Assembly: GCA_963705905.1 (NCBI GenBank)
Contig: OY970123.1
Coordinates: 839,921-903,920, forward strand
DNA from: an uncultured Chloroflexia bacterium
GTDB taxonomy: Bacteria; Chloroflexota; Dehalococcoidia; GIF9; UBA5629
DNA: 64,000 nucleotides
Reading direction: 5' to 3'
Shown here in pieces: positions 40,029 to 50,260 of the stretch. The notes below the pieces were generated by a model. It was not told the origin of the DNA. It saw only the letters and a program-made list of their open reading frames with translations, and did no database searches. Position 1 is the stretch's first letter. Each line of letters begins with the position of its first letter. Both the position numbers and the translations under genes were made by a program.

Positions 40029-42605
40029 TTAGACTTTAAAGGTCAGGTTCAGGCTATGGGCAAGCTCTACGCTGTCTCCATTCTCAATCGTATGTTTGCC
40101 GCTGCCCTTGATTTGTGATCCGTTTAGCGTGGTGCCATTTGTGCTTCCGAGGTCCTGTATATAGTACAGGCCGTTTTCATAAGTGACCAGGATATGCTGC
40201 CGGGAGATTGTGTCGGTCTTGTCCGGTGACATCAGCGGGCGGAAATCTTTCCGGCCCAACGGCCTGCCGGCAACCGGCATAGTAATCCCTGCCGACGATA
40301 CAAATTTGGCCGGAAGCCCGATTTCAACGATTGTTGTCATTGGCGTCAGTGTAGCCGGTTGTGTAGCCGGGATGGTGGTGGCTGAGGTAAAGTAGCCTGT
40401 GTTTGTGCCGGTGCCCGACGCATGGGCCACAGGAGGTTTTTTCACGATCAGGGCGGTTATGACCACAGACGCAACAGCGGCCAATCCGGTTAGCAGCAGG
40501 TACAGCGGCCACAGGTTGACGGCCGTAGCTTTGCTGTTGCCGGTTCCATTGGCATTCAAGACGTTCCCGATACTGTTAATGAGCTGGCTGGCATCTAACG
40601 TGCCGCCGGATGAAGTTCCGGAATTATCCGTGTCTACATTTACGCCGGTGCTAACGGCGTATGCAGGAGGAGTGTAGGAAGCTACGCTAGGCGCAACGGT
40701 GACAGTAGTGCTGGCGCTAATTGTGCCCGCGCCGTTGTAGGCCGACACAGTATATGTAGTTGTGGAGGCAGGAGTCACATCGACTGAGCCGGTATTGGCG
40801 ACTGATCCCACCACCGGGGATATAGTGACCGTATCCGCGTTATTTACAGTCCAGGACAATGTAACTGACTGGCCGGGCTGAACGTAATTGGGGTTGGCCG
40901 TGAAGGAACTGATCACCGACGCCCCATACGTTTCACCATAGCTGCTGAGGTACGGTGCGACCGTTACAATTGTGCTGGCATTTACCGCACCCTGGCTGTT
41001 GTAGGCGTACAGTGTATATGTGGTCGTGTAAGCAGGCGTTACGGCTAACGAGCCGGTGTTGTCGACCGATCCCACTGTTGGAGATATCGTGACAGCGCTT
41101 GCGCCGCTCACATTCCATAACAATGTGGCTGCTTGCCCCGATTGAATGTAATCGGGGCTGGCCGTGAATGAACCGATCACCGGCGCATATGTGGACAGCG
41201 TATAATCAGGACCATACGGATAAGTGGGGTAGGTTGGGTTATCCTGTGGGGGGTAGGTCGGATTAGTCTGCGGGGGCCAGGTCGGATTAGTCTGCGGGGT
41301 CCAGTTATGGGGTGTAAATGGCCCATGACGGCCCGTACTATTATCCGAGGGTGTCGGGAAAGGCGGGAAATGCGTAGTGCTGTTATCCCAGGACGGGAAA
41401 TGCGGAAAATTCACCGTGCTGTTATCCCAGGATGGTGGAAAATGTGGAAAATTCACTGTTCCATTATCCGAGGGCGCCGGGAAAGGCGGAAGATGCGCCG
41501 TTCCGTTATCCCAGGACGGGGGGAAATGGTGCCGCGATGGATCGGTGCCGGCTGCGGCCGGAGCCGGGAGAATTCCAGCTGCCTGAGCTATCGGCGGTAA
41601 AACGTCGGAAACCGTCGGTGAGGTTGAAGTGGTAACCGCGAGAACAGGATCCGTCGACAAACCTGTTGTAGAGCTTACTTCAGGAGTAGCTGGCACCGCT
41701 AGAGCGGGTGCAGTTACTACTGTCGCCGAAGCAAGGGGTGGTGGAGGAGGAGCCGGCGGCTCAGTAGTCGTCAACTGTGCGGTCTGATTATCCGAAAGCT
41801 GACCGGCGGCCGCTTGACCCGGCAGAGCATCCGGCGCAGCGGTTGTGCTTGTAGCTGTCGTTATCGCCGGTACTGGAGCAGGTGTGTCTGCGACTACCGT
41901 TGTTGGAGTGGTAGCTGTCGTCGCCGTTACGGGTGCCAGAGCGGGCGTATCTGCAACTACCGTTGTTGAAGCGGTAGCCGTCGTCTCAGTTGCGGGCGCC
42001 GGAGCGGGTGTATCTGCGACTACCGTTGTTGGAACGGTATCTGTCGTCGCCGGTGCGGGCGCCGTAGCGGGTGTGTCTGCGACTACCGTTGTTGGAGGGG
42101 TAGCTGTTGTCGCAGTTGCCGGCACTGGAGCCGGTGTGTCTGCGACTACCGTTGTTGGAACGGTAGCTGTTGTCGCAGTTGCGGGCATTGGAGCGGGTGT
42201 ATCTGCAACTGCCGTTGTTGGAGAGGTGGCTGCGGTCGCCGTTGCGGGCGCTGGAGCGGGTGTGTCTGCGACTACCGCTGTCGGAGCGGTATCTGTCGCC
42301 GCCGGTGCCGGCGCTGGAGCGGGTGTGTCTGCGACTGCCGTTGTTGGAGAGGTGGCTGCGGTCGCCGTTGCGGGCGCCGGAGCGGGTGTGTCTGCGACTG
42401 CCGCTGTTGGAGCAGTATCTGTCGCCGCCGGTGCCGGCGCCGGAGTGACTGCATCCGTTGTCGCTACGGTCTGATTATCCGAAAGCTGATTTACGGCCGC
42501 TTGACCGGGTATCAAATCCGCCATGGCATACGCCGGTGCCAGAGGGACCAGCAGCAAGCAGCCGACCAATAATGCCGCTGCCATGAAGAGCAATGCTTTT
42601 TTCAT
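40029..42605 (-). CDS. large single-pass membrane protein: signal peptide, Ala/Thr/Pro tandem repeats, two Ig-like domains, TM helix, cytoplasmic C-terminal FHA domain
   Basis: N-terminal MKKALLFMAAALLVGCLLL; ~21-aa ADTPAPAPATATAATSPTTAV repeats; NSTVNFPHFPPSWD repeats; two ~90-aa paralogous beta domains; TM LWPLYLLLTGLAAVASVVITALIV; C-terminal FHA-like domain (GRPLGR...ISRQHILV...YIQDLGSTNGTTLNG). Confidence 0.75.
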   Translation of the reverse strand: MKKALLFMAAALLVGCLLLVPLAPAYAMADLIPGQAAVNQLSDNQTVATTDAVTPAPAPAATDTAPTAAVADTPAPAPATATAATSPTTAVADTPAPAPAPAATDTAPTAVVADTPAPAPATATAATSPTTAVADTPAPMPATATTATVPTTVVADTPAPVPATATTATPPTTVVADTPATAPAPATTDTVPTTVVADTPAPAPATETTATASTTVVADTPALAPVTATTATTPTTVVADTPAPVPAITTATSTTAAPDALPGQAAAGQLSDNQTAQLTTTEPPAPPPPPLASATVVTAPALAVPATPEVSSTTGLSTDPVLAVTTSTSPTVSDVLPPIAQAAGILPAPAAAGTDPSRHHFPPSWDNGTAHLPPFPAPSDNGTVNFPHFPPSWDNSTVNFPHFPSWDNSTTHFPPFPTPSDNSTGRHGPFTPHNWTPQTNPTWPPQTNPTYPPQDNPTYPTYPYGPDYTLSTYAPVIGSFTASPDYIQSGQAATLLWNVSGASAVTISPTVGSVDNTGSLAVTPAYTTTYTLYAYNSQGAVNASTIVTVAPYLSSYGETYGASVISSFTANPNYVQPGQSVTLSWTVNNADTVTISPVVGSVANTGSVDVTPASTTTYTVSAYNGAGTISASTTVTVAPSVASYTPPAYAVSTGVNVDTDNSGTSSGGTLDASQLINSIGNVLNANGTGNSKATAVNLWPLYLLLTGLAAVASVVITALIVKKPPVAHASGTGTNTGYFTSATTIPATQPATLTPMTTIVEIGLPAKFVSSAGITMPVAGRPLGRKDFRPLMSPDKTDTISRQHILVTYENGLYYIQDLGSTNGTTLNGSQIKGSGKHTIENGDSVELAHSLNLTFKV
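41835..42480. repeat. ~63-bp tandem repeat array (about 10 units) inside the FHA-protein gene
   Basis: Recurrent gctgtcgt.gccg.t.c.ggagc.ggtgtgtctgcgactaccgttgttgga..ggta units; also generates the spurious 209-aa plus-strand ORF 41845-42474. Confidence 0.75.
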
Positions 42606-42908
42606 TTCTTATTTGCCTGCTAATAATAATCTAGTACAAGAATGTTAACTAAAGATTTTTCCGTCTATCTTTAATTGAACATCCTTTATAATTAAATCTA
42701 CTCCGGTCTGCACTGTCATGCTTGACTTCAGTCTGACAATCAATTGACAGTTAACTGACAAAAATACCGGAGCTGGCAGGATAATAAGAAAGAAAATGCG
42801 GACTCAGCGGCAAACTGCCGGGAGATAAAGAGAGAAGAGGTTAGACCCCCAAGATGGAAAGGCGCATTGCTTTGACTTCTCCGAATAGGTAAAAATCGCA
42901 CCTAAAGG

Positions 42909-43367
42909 TTACTGAATCAAACCTGTTCTGGGATCACCCCACGTGCTGAAATCCATTACTGCATCGGAGCCATCCGTAAACCAGCCTTTAATTATGTAAG
43001 TGTCATCCGTCTTGACAATAGGATGCCCGAACCACGTGGCCGTGTTCTCGACGGTTGTGCTGTTCGGGAGCAGGACCGAGTATATAAACGCATCTGCCGA
43101 ATTCGGATCGAAACCTGCCGTTGCCCACTGCCGCATGTAATCCATCCTGTCGGCAGTGTCGGACTGGCTCGAAAGGAAGGTCTGATTGATATACCCGTTA
43201 GTATATATATCCGCTACATACCTCAGTGCCTGGTTCTCGGTGACGGCCATATTTGACTTCAGCGCATATACCGTAATAGCAGCCGGCCCCTGCGCCGAAA
43301 CAATTGAAGGTGTAACAAACAGGATCAACAACAGTGCCAGGTTAAGCAGGACAACCAATTTTTTCAT
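42909..43367 (-). CDS. small secreted protein, hypothetical
   Basis: Signal peptide MKKLVVLLNLALLLILFVTPSIVSAQG; 152 aa. Confidence 0.45.
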   Translation of the reverse strand: MKKLVVLLNLALLLILFVTPSIVSAQGPAAITVYALKSNMAVTENQALRYVADIYTNGYINQTFLSSQSDTADRMDYMRQWATAGFDPNSADAFIYSVLLPNSTTVENTATWFGHPIVKTDDTYIIKGWFTDGSDAVMDFSTWGDPRTGLIQ

Positions 43368-43718
43368 TTTATCTACCTCCGTTATGTAATGTATGTAATC
43401 TTCGGGGAAGTCAAAGCCAAACTTAAACGATTTTTTTAGTGCATTACGGGCACTATCAGGAATTATCCACTTACCTTATTTGAATAGGCCCTTTTTAAAA
43501 TATAGAACGCTAAGCAGGGCTTTTTAGTTTAGGGGTTTGATAACCGGCATCAATGTGCAAATAACAGATGGAAAAGCAATTGATTACAATAAGTTCTAAA
43601 TGTATAATCATCGCTGTCCATGCTTGACCGTTTCTCAAATAGAAAATCCACGAAGGCAGTCACGATTCAGTTGAATACTGCCATTGCGGGGCTCGATTTA
43701 TGATTGGAGGATAGCAAT

Positions 43719-44507
43719 ATGCAGTTTAAAACTTTACTCTTTGACATAGCCGACAGTGTCGCCACGATCACTCTGAACCGTCCCGAAGCCAACCACGCCA
43801 TCGACCTGCAAATGGCCAAAGACCTGTGTTACGCCGCTATGCACTGCAGCGAGAACTCTGCCGTACGGGCAATTCTGATCACTGCAACCGGCCCCGTATT
43901 TTGTGCAGGCGGAGATTTAAAGGCCATGGCCGGTGAAGTCGAAAAAACTCCCGGTCTTCTCAAGGAAATGTCCAGCTACCTCCACCTTGCCATCTCACGC
44001 CTGACACGCGGGGCGCCGCCGGTCGTCATTGCAGTCAACGGTATTGCTATGGGCGCCGGCATGAGCCTTGCCTGTGCGGGCGATATAGCAGTGGCCGCCC
44101 AGTCTGCCACTTTTGCGGTAGCCTATACGCAGGTCGGACTCACGCCGGACGGGGGCCTCACATATTTCCTTCCGCGCCTGGTCGGGCTAAGGCGGGCCTC
44201 AGAGCTCGTTCTGACCAACCGGCGTTTGTCCGCCAAAGAAGCGCTGGATCTCGGTCTCGTCACCGAAGTGGTGCCTGATGCTGAGCTGATGAACCGTGCA
44301 CGGACGATCACCGGGCAACTGGCTGCGGGTGCAACCCGGGCTTACGGCGCCGCCCGCAAGCTTATCCATGGCGGCCTCTCATCAACGCTGGAAACGCAGA
44401 TGGAGTTTGAAAGCCAGTCCATCGTGGATATGGCGCGTACGGCAGACGCTCATGAAGCATTCACCGCTTTCGCCGAGAAGCGCAAGCCGAAATTCCAGGG
44501 TAAGTGA
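43719..44507 (+). CDS. enoyl-CoA hydratase/isomerase family protein
   Basis: Start at the ATG after a ggagg RBS; crotonase motifs TGPVFCAGGDL. Confidence 0.8.
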   Translation: MQFKTLLFDIADSVATITLNRPEANHAIDLQMAKDLCYAAMHCSENSAVRAILITATGPVFCAGGDLKAMAGEVEKTPGLLKEMSSYLHLAISRLTRGAPPVVIAVNGIAMGAGMSLACAGDIAVAAQSATFAVAYTQVGLTPDGGLTYFLPRLVGLRRASELVLTNRRLSAKEALDLGLVTEVVPDAELMNRARTITGQLAAGATRAYGAARKLIHGGLSSTLETQMEFESQSIVDMARTADAHEAFTAFAEKRKPKFQGK

Positions 44508-44616
44508 TAAGATCGCCGGTGAGGTTTACAGACCAGGACGGGGCGTAATAACCATTTTCGCTATTACGCCGCATCCGAAATGTCAATTTAGGGGTGTGAC
44601 AGACCCCGCCTTCCTT

Positions 44617-45789
44617 TTATAGAGCGATTGCCCCTTTTTTCAGCATCTTAGTGGGCTCGAACCACTTTATTCCTGTCTTCTTGGCTATGGCCTCGCATCT
44701 CTCGGCCACCTTGTCCCAACCCATTTTCTGTCCCAGCGCGAACGGGCCCGCAGCTCGGCCGCTGCCGTACACCATGGCCATATCTATCTCGGCAGCACTC
44801 TTGGCTACACCCTGCTCCAGCAGCTTGGTGCCTTCGTTCACCTGGATGGCCACCATGTCGGCCAGGTCGAAGTTAGGCTCGGTCTTGGTCAGGTCGATGT
44901 TGGGCCTGTTACCGCCCGGCCACTCGAAGTTGCCTTTGCCGGTTTTCTTGCCCAACTCGCCGGCCTCGACCTTCTTGGCCAGCCAGGGCCGCGGAGCGAA
45001 GTCCTTGGTGAGAGTGGCTGCATAGTATTTGGCGCCGTTAAACGATATATCTAGCCCGGAGTAGTCCATCGTCTCGAACGGGCCCATCGGCGCTCCCGTC
45101 GACCTTACCTTGGCGTCCACGCCCTCAGGGTCAACCATGCCCTTCTCCCTCAGCCATGAGAGGTACATGCCGGAAGGTGCGTTCATGCGGTTGAAGATGA
45201 AGCCCGGCGTATCTTTCTCAACTCTGACAACCACCATCGGGCCCCTGAAGTTCTTCCAGCCTTTTACCAGGTCGTAGGCCACGTTCATGGTCTCGTCGGA
45301 GGTCTTGTCGCCGCGGATAACCTCGACCAGGGCCATCATGGCCGGCGGATTGAAAAAGTGCACGCCGCACACTTTGTCCTGGCGTTTGGTGGCCGAACCG
45401 ATCTTGGTAATGCTCATAGTGGAAGTATTGGAGGCCAGTATGGCATGCTTGGGAGCCGCCTCGTCCATTTCTTTAAATGTCTTTTGTTTAAGGTCCAATA
45501 TTTCGGGGGCCGCCTCGATGGCGAAGTCCGCGTCTTTCACGGAGTCCTTGAGCACAATGAAGCCCTTGATACTGCCCATGATCTTGTCCATGGCTTCCTG
45601 CGTCATCTTCTGCTTGGAGACCTGCTTGCCCAGGCTGTCCTTGATCTTCCCGATACCCTTATCCACAAATTCCTGCTTGATATCATAGAGGTTAACCTTG
45701 TATCCGGCCATGGCCGCCAGTTCGCCTATCCCATGGCCCATGTCGCCGGCGCCGATCATGGCGACCGTCTTGACTTCTTCAATCTTCAT
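44617..45789 (-). CDS. 3-hydroxyacyl-CoA dehydrogenase (long form)
   Basis: VAMIGAGDMGHGIGE NAD-binding motif, HFFNPP motif; 390 aa. Confidence 0.85.
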   Translation of the reverse strand: MKIEEVKTVAMIGAGDMGHGIGELAAMAGYKVNLYDIKQEFVDKGIGKIKDSLGKQVSKQKMTQEAMDKIMGSIKGFIVLKDSVKDADFAIEAAPEILDLKQKTFKEMDEAAPKHAILASNTSTMSITKIGSATKRQDKVCGVHFFNPPAMMALVEVIRGDKTSDETMNVAYDLVKGWKNFRGPMVVVRVEKDTPGFIFNRMNAPSGMYLSWLREKGMVDPEGVDAKVRSTGAPMGPFETMDYSGLDISFNGAKYYAATLTKDFAPRPWLAKKVEAGELGKKTGKGNFEWPGGNRPNIDLTKTEPNFDLADMVAIQVNEGTKLLEQGVAKSAAEIDMAMVYGSGRAAGPFALGQKMGWDKVAERCEAIAKKTGIKWFEPTKMLKKGAIAL

Positions 45790-45876
45790 TTGATCAACTC
45801 TCCTTTAAAGTTTTTCTTTGCTCCAGCGAAGCATTATAGCAGGGAACGGCGCTCTGTTGAAGAAGCAGGTCAAAGA

Positions 45877-45914
45877 TATAGCTTTGCCCTCCTCTGTCCC
45901 TTAAGCTAAAATCA
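45877..45914 (+). repeat. direct repeat A flanking AT-rich insertion
   Basis: tatagctttgccctcc-tctgtcc-cttaagctaaaatc; matches 48922-48957 (tatagctttgccctcc-ccacctc-cttaagctaaaatc). Confidence 0.55.
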
Positions 45915-45995
45915 CAATTTTTGTCTTACACATAGATTTACCGAGCATCCGCCTCTGTCTACTAAATGAAGCAATTTAGCGTAATGCTAATAATG

Positions 45996-47365
45996 CTATT
46001 GTTTTGGCTGAAAGGCTTCTATCTTTAAATGACTAATTTTAATCAATTGAAGGACTGCATAATCCTTTTGCATATCAAAATAAAAATCCCCACGAAATGG
46101 AGGATCGATAGAATGATCGATTATTTCATGGCAAGTTGCCATCATAAATGGAATTAACTCATTACAGATACGACAAGGTAGTCCAATTACTTGACCATCC
46201 GGATGCTGCTCCATTACATGTATATAGTAATCACGAATCTCCCCACTAGCGATTAACTCACCACAACTGCATTTCAGTCGACTATTTTTGTCAGCAACGG
46301 TGGCTTCGTTAAGATAATTTGGACCATACCTAAAATCCCATAGCGAAGCCAGTTTGGATTCAGTCTGCCCAGACGTTAGTTGGTAACTCCAATTGCCACG
46401 AGATAAACTCATGCGAAGCGATTTCCAAATGTTCCATGCATTCGGTTTCAAATTTTGTCCAGCCACTTTAGCAGTAAAAATACGTGCGGCAATACCAGCA
46501 GCAAGATCAGCTATCTGGATACCAATCGAACTAGCGGATATTTCTTCAGAACACGCAATAAAATTATGCATCGGCGATGGCGATCTGGATAAAAATTCAT
46601 AAGTAAAATCTAGTATTTCGCCAAATTGGGTGTCCTGATCTCTTATTAATCGAGCCTTTAAATTGTGTGATCCGAGAGCAGAATCCAGAAAAATCAATGA
46701 GGGGAAAAATGCAGTAACCTGACAATTGGACAAATGTATATTTTTAGGAGCGCCTTCTAAACGCTCTCCAAAACGGTAAATATCATCCAACCCAGACATA
46801 ATGACATGGGCTATATGAACGACGCGTTGATCTGGATGCAAACTTAATTGTCTACTAAGAATAAGGCCAATACGTTTAAGCTCGGGAACATCATCGGAAT
46901 GACACGCCCGTAAAAACCTTGTCAATAATTCGCTGGAAATTGATGAATAGATAACATTATGGAAAAAACGCCTGAACTCTATAGACATCATATACCTATC
47001 TACCTTCGGGTTGTGATCGGGATCTAAATAGGTTGAGGCAATCCGGACACAAATCTCAAATTTTTTCTCAACAATACTTATATAGATAGTGGTTCCAGCT
47101 TCATATACTAGCTGCATGATCTTTGACCAACGTCTCCTTCCTCTGGAAGATTGCCATAACTTAACAGAACTCAATTCGTAGGATAGTGGAAGACATTCTT
47201 TCTCCAAAAAAGAGATAGCTGGGATGCAAGTAGAGTTTCTTGATTCTTCGTTAACAACACCCAGGCATATACGAAAAATAAATCAGTTTTAGAGAGTAAA
47301 TCGGAGCCGGTATTGCCGGATTCATCGCAATAGATTGTTGCTATCTCAGCAGTTATAGGCCTCAT
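45996..47365 (-). CDS. DUF3800-family protein with Cys-rich C-terminal extension; apparent frameshift in a T6 run near 47195
   Basis: N-terminal IYCDESGNTG motif in ORF 47171-47365, QIADLAAGIA motif in ORF 45996-47207. Adding one T to tctcttttttgg merges the frames. AT-rich. Confidence 0.5.
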
Positions 47366-47395
47366 ATACAGCGCAAAGTATTAGATGCAAAATAA

Positions 47396-48004
47396 TTACG
47401 ATTTTTGATCATTCGATATGGACTCTAAAAAGCTGGCTAAACTAAGTGCGAGATCCACATAACTGGCAGCTTGTTCCCAAGATATATTGAATTGAGCCTC
47501 ATGAACAGCCTGATTCCGCAGTTTCCGAAGACGATCATACAAGTCTCCAGTTCCATACGGAAGTTCGCCTGATAATGTTAGTTTATGCAATACATCGTGT
47601 TCTGCCTGCATACCCTTCGATGGTATTTCATATTTCAACGCCAATTTCCCTAAAGCATTTTCTACCGAGCGCCAAGCCTCAGCTACTGCGGCTCTAGGAT
47701 AATCATAGGCAAGATCAATTAGATTCTGGGATGGAGAAACAGAGATTTCGATTGGCTGCCTAGCAGATGGCGTTGGAGGCAATTTCAATGCCTTTGCCTT
47801 ATCCTCGGCGAATCTGAGATCACGGCGAAATTTGATTCCCAAATCCTTATAACGCAATTCCTCAATAGCTGCAATAGCTTGGGCAAGTGGTTTCCTAAAA
47901 ATCAATACTATTGTCAGGACTGTCAAAGGCCAAGCTAGTACCGACACGAAATTCAAAATTAAATGTGCAATTCCCATATTAAATCCACAACTTAATAGAT
48001 TCAA
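47396..48004 (-). CDS. membrane-anchored DUF4145 (HEPN-like) protein
   Basis: N-terminal TM helix, C-terminal LRKLRNQAVHEAQFNISWEQA matching the DUF4145 R-x4-H signature. Confidence 0.45.
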   Translation of the reverse strand: MNLLSCGFNMGIAHLILNFVSVLAWPLTVLTIVLIFRKPLAQAIAAIEELRYKDLGIKFRRDLRFAEDKAKALKLPPTPSARQPIEISVSPSQNLIDLAYDYPRAAVAEAWRSVENALGKLALKYEIPSKGMQAEHDVLHKLTLSGELPYGTGDLYDRLRKLRNQAVHEAQFNISWEQAASYVDLALSLASFLESISNDQKS

Positions 48005-48029
48005 ATAATATGACCCGGTAGGTTAAGAT

Positions 48030-48842
48030 TTATATGTTCTCAATTTGATTCGCTGCTTTCGCTAGCTTGTCCTTGGTCTGGCCAAGGTTAACTACGGATT
48101 TTAGATGATTCTGCCTTTTCTCACGAGCGATATACCAGTCTTCAAATAATCTTTCAATCAGACCAATTAGCAATTCCGCTTCATTGGGTTCAATATCTAT
48201 AATAATATCTACCTTTTTTGCCATATGAGCGCCAATATTACCTACCTTGCGAACCGCATCTATCGCATCCCACGTAAGCGGATCCACTTTATCCTGGATC
48301 GCCTCTATTTCTTTTTTTAGAGATGGACGTTCCAGTCCCCAATAATCACGTATCATGCCTTGCAAGCAGCGCCGTGCCAAAGTTGCTGACGATTTCGGGC
48401 TCAATTCTTTGATAAGACATGCCTCCCGATAATCAGCCAAAATAGGGGTGGGTATATAATCAGGAAAAATTTTTGCCCCAGAAGGTGGGACCAATTGCCA
48501 TGTATGCAACTCTTCTCCACTATGAGGTCTTGATCCGCTATAGCGCTCCACCTTAGAAAGACGAATTGTTAAAGTGAACCTCCTACAATCAGGATTTGGG
48601 CAAACGACAAACGCCCAATTTAAACATCGCTCTCCATCGGAATTCTCAATGTCTAAAAATACCTCACCTGTGGTCCTATCTTCATGTGTAACCGTTGTAG
48701 GTCTATTGCAATAAGGACAGGTCCAAGGGAACTTTCTGGTTGCAGGCGGAGGTATCAGGAACCCATTCATAGTTGAATTATACACCATGCGATAATCGAC
48801 AAAAAGATAAAGAATGAATAAAATCAGGATGCTGATAGCCAT
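48030..48842 (-). CDS. zinc-ribbon + DUF4145 (HEPN-like) protein
   Basis: CPYCNRPT...CPNPDCRRF ribbon; DUF4145 core LARRCLQGMIRDY ... AIDAVRKVGNIGAHM. Confidence 0.5.
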   Translation of the reverse strand: MAISILILFILYLFVDYRMVYNSTMNGFLIPPPATRKFPWTCPYCNRPTTVTHEDRTTGEVFLDIENSDGERCLNWAFVVCPNPDCRRFTLTIRLSKVERYSGSRPHSGEELHTWQLVPPSGAKIFPDYIPTPILADYREACLIKELSPKSSATLARRCLQGMIRDYWGLERPSLKKEIEAIQDKVDPLTWDAIDAVRKVGNIGAHMAKKVDIIIDIEPNEAELLIGLIERLFEDWYIAREKRQNHLKSVVNLGQTKDKLAKAANQIENI

Positions 48843-48921
48843 AAATTTACTATGTTTTAATTTGATTCAATATACAAAAATCAAATCCAAATACCGATTG
48901 TTCAGACTAAGTTCATCTAGC

Positions 48922-48957
48922 TATAGCTTTGCCCTCCCCACCTCCTTAAGCTAAAAT
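48922..48957 (+). repeat. direct repeat B flanking AT-rich insertion
   Basis: See repeat A; the two copies bound a ~3.0-kb low-GC segment. Confidence 0.55.
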
Positions 48958-48963
48958 CTTGCT

Positions 48964-49194
48964 GTGGATTTAGCAGGCCTGGGCAAAATAATCCTGATCT
49001 TCGGCGGTGTTATCATCGTGGTCGGGCTGCTGTTCATCTTTGCACAGCAAATCCCCTTCTTCGGCAAGCTGCCGGGAGATATATTCATCAAGAAGGACAA
49101 TTTCTCCTTTTATTTCCCCATAGTTACCTTCATCATTATCAGCATAGTGCTCACCATCGTGATCAACGTTATCCTACATTTCCTCAACAAATAA
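48964..49194 (+). CDS. DUF2905-like small membrane protein
   Basis: 76 aa, two TM helices, GTG start; precedes queA as in many bacteria. Confidence 0.45.
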   Translation: MDLAGLGKIILIFGGVIIVVGLLFIFAQQIPFFGKLPGDIFIKKDNFSFYFPIVTFIIISIVLTIVINVILHFLNK

Positions 49195-49198
49195 CCGC

Positions 49199-50206
49199 AT
49201 GAAGCTCTCCGATTTCGACTACGACCTGCCACCCGCATTCATCGCACAACATCCCCTGGAGCAAAGGGACCATTCCAGGCTGATGGTCGTGGACCGTAAA
49301 TCACATACCATCGAGCACCGTCATTTCTACGATCTCGTAGATTATGTCAACAGCGGCGATACGCTGGTCTTCAACAACAGCCGGGTCATCCCGGCCCGCC
49401 TCAAAGGTATCATTTCCGGCAGCCAGAGACAGGCAGAAATACTCCTGCTGAAACAGCTGTCCCCCGATACATGGGAAGCTCTGGTGAGGCCAGGACGCAA
49501 ATTGTTTCCGGGCTTCAGAATCCTGTTCACAGGCGATCAGTTCGCAGCGATTATAGAAAAAAGAGAAGCAGGGATCAGGATCGTAAGGTTCTCCGACCCC
49601 GAAGGACTGGACAAGCTGGGCGAGATGCCCCTGCCGCCCTATATCAAAGCCAAGCTTCAGGATAAGGAACGCTACCAGACGGTCTACTCGTCCGTTAAAG
49701 GCAGCGCCGCCGCGCCTACCGCCGGGCTGCATTTCACCCCCGAGCTGCTGGACAAGCTGCGCACTAAAGGCGTCAACCTGGCCTTTGTCACCCTGCACAT
49801 CGGGCTGGATACCTTCCAACCTGTCCGCGCCGAAGACCCGTCGCACCATAAAATCCACACTGAGTTCGGCTACGTCGACGAGGAGACCGCGCTGCTGCTG
49901 ATCAGGACCAGGAAAGCGGGAAAACGCGTCATCGCAGTCGGGACCACCTCCGTGCGCTTGATCGAAGCTGCCTCCCAGGCGGGAGAGGTATTGCCGTTCT
50001 GCGGCCAGGTCGGACTTTTCATACTGCCCGGCTACCGCTTCATAACCACCGACGCTATCATTACCAACTTTCACTTACCGAAATCGACGTTGCTGATGAT
50101 GCTCTCGGCCTTTGCAGGACGCGAATTCCTGCGGGATTGCTACGAAAAAGCCAAAGAAACTGGCTACCGCTTCTACAGTTTCGGCGATGCCATGCTGGTA
50201 AAATAG
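49199..50206 (+). CDS. queA: S-adenosylmethionine:tRNA ribosyltransferase-isomerase
   Basis: MKLSDFDYDLP N-terminus and overall QueA pattern; 335 aa. Confidence 0.9.
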   Translation: MKLSDFDYDLPPAFIAQHPLEQRDHSRLMVVDRKSHTIEHRHFYDLVDYVNSGDTLVFNNSRVIPARLKGIISGSQRQAEILLLKQLSPDTWEALVRPGRKLFPGFRILFTGDQFAAIIEKREAGIRIVRFSDPEGLDKLGEMPLPPYIKAKLQDKERYQTVYSSVKGSAAAPTAGLHFTPELLDKLRTKGVNLAFVTLHIGLDTFQPVRAEDPSHHKIHTEFGYVDEETALLLIRTRKAGKRVIAVGTTSVRLIEAASQAGEVLPFCGQVGLFILPGYRFITTDAIITNFHLPKSTLLMMLSAFAGREFLRDCYEKAKETGYRFYSFGDAMLVK

Positions 50207-50260
50207 TAAAACGCCGCCGCTTTGACAATCATATCCGCAAATTCGTAAAATTCCGTATCT

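Noticed and set aside
41845-42474. 209-aa plus-strand Ala/Gly/Val repeat ORF
   Set aside because: Generated by the 63-bp tandem repeats of the minus-strand FHA-protein gene; the minus-strand frame carries the signal peptide, Ig-like domains and FHA domain
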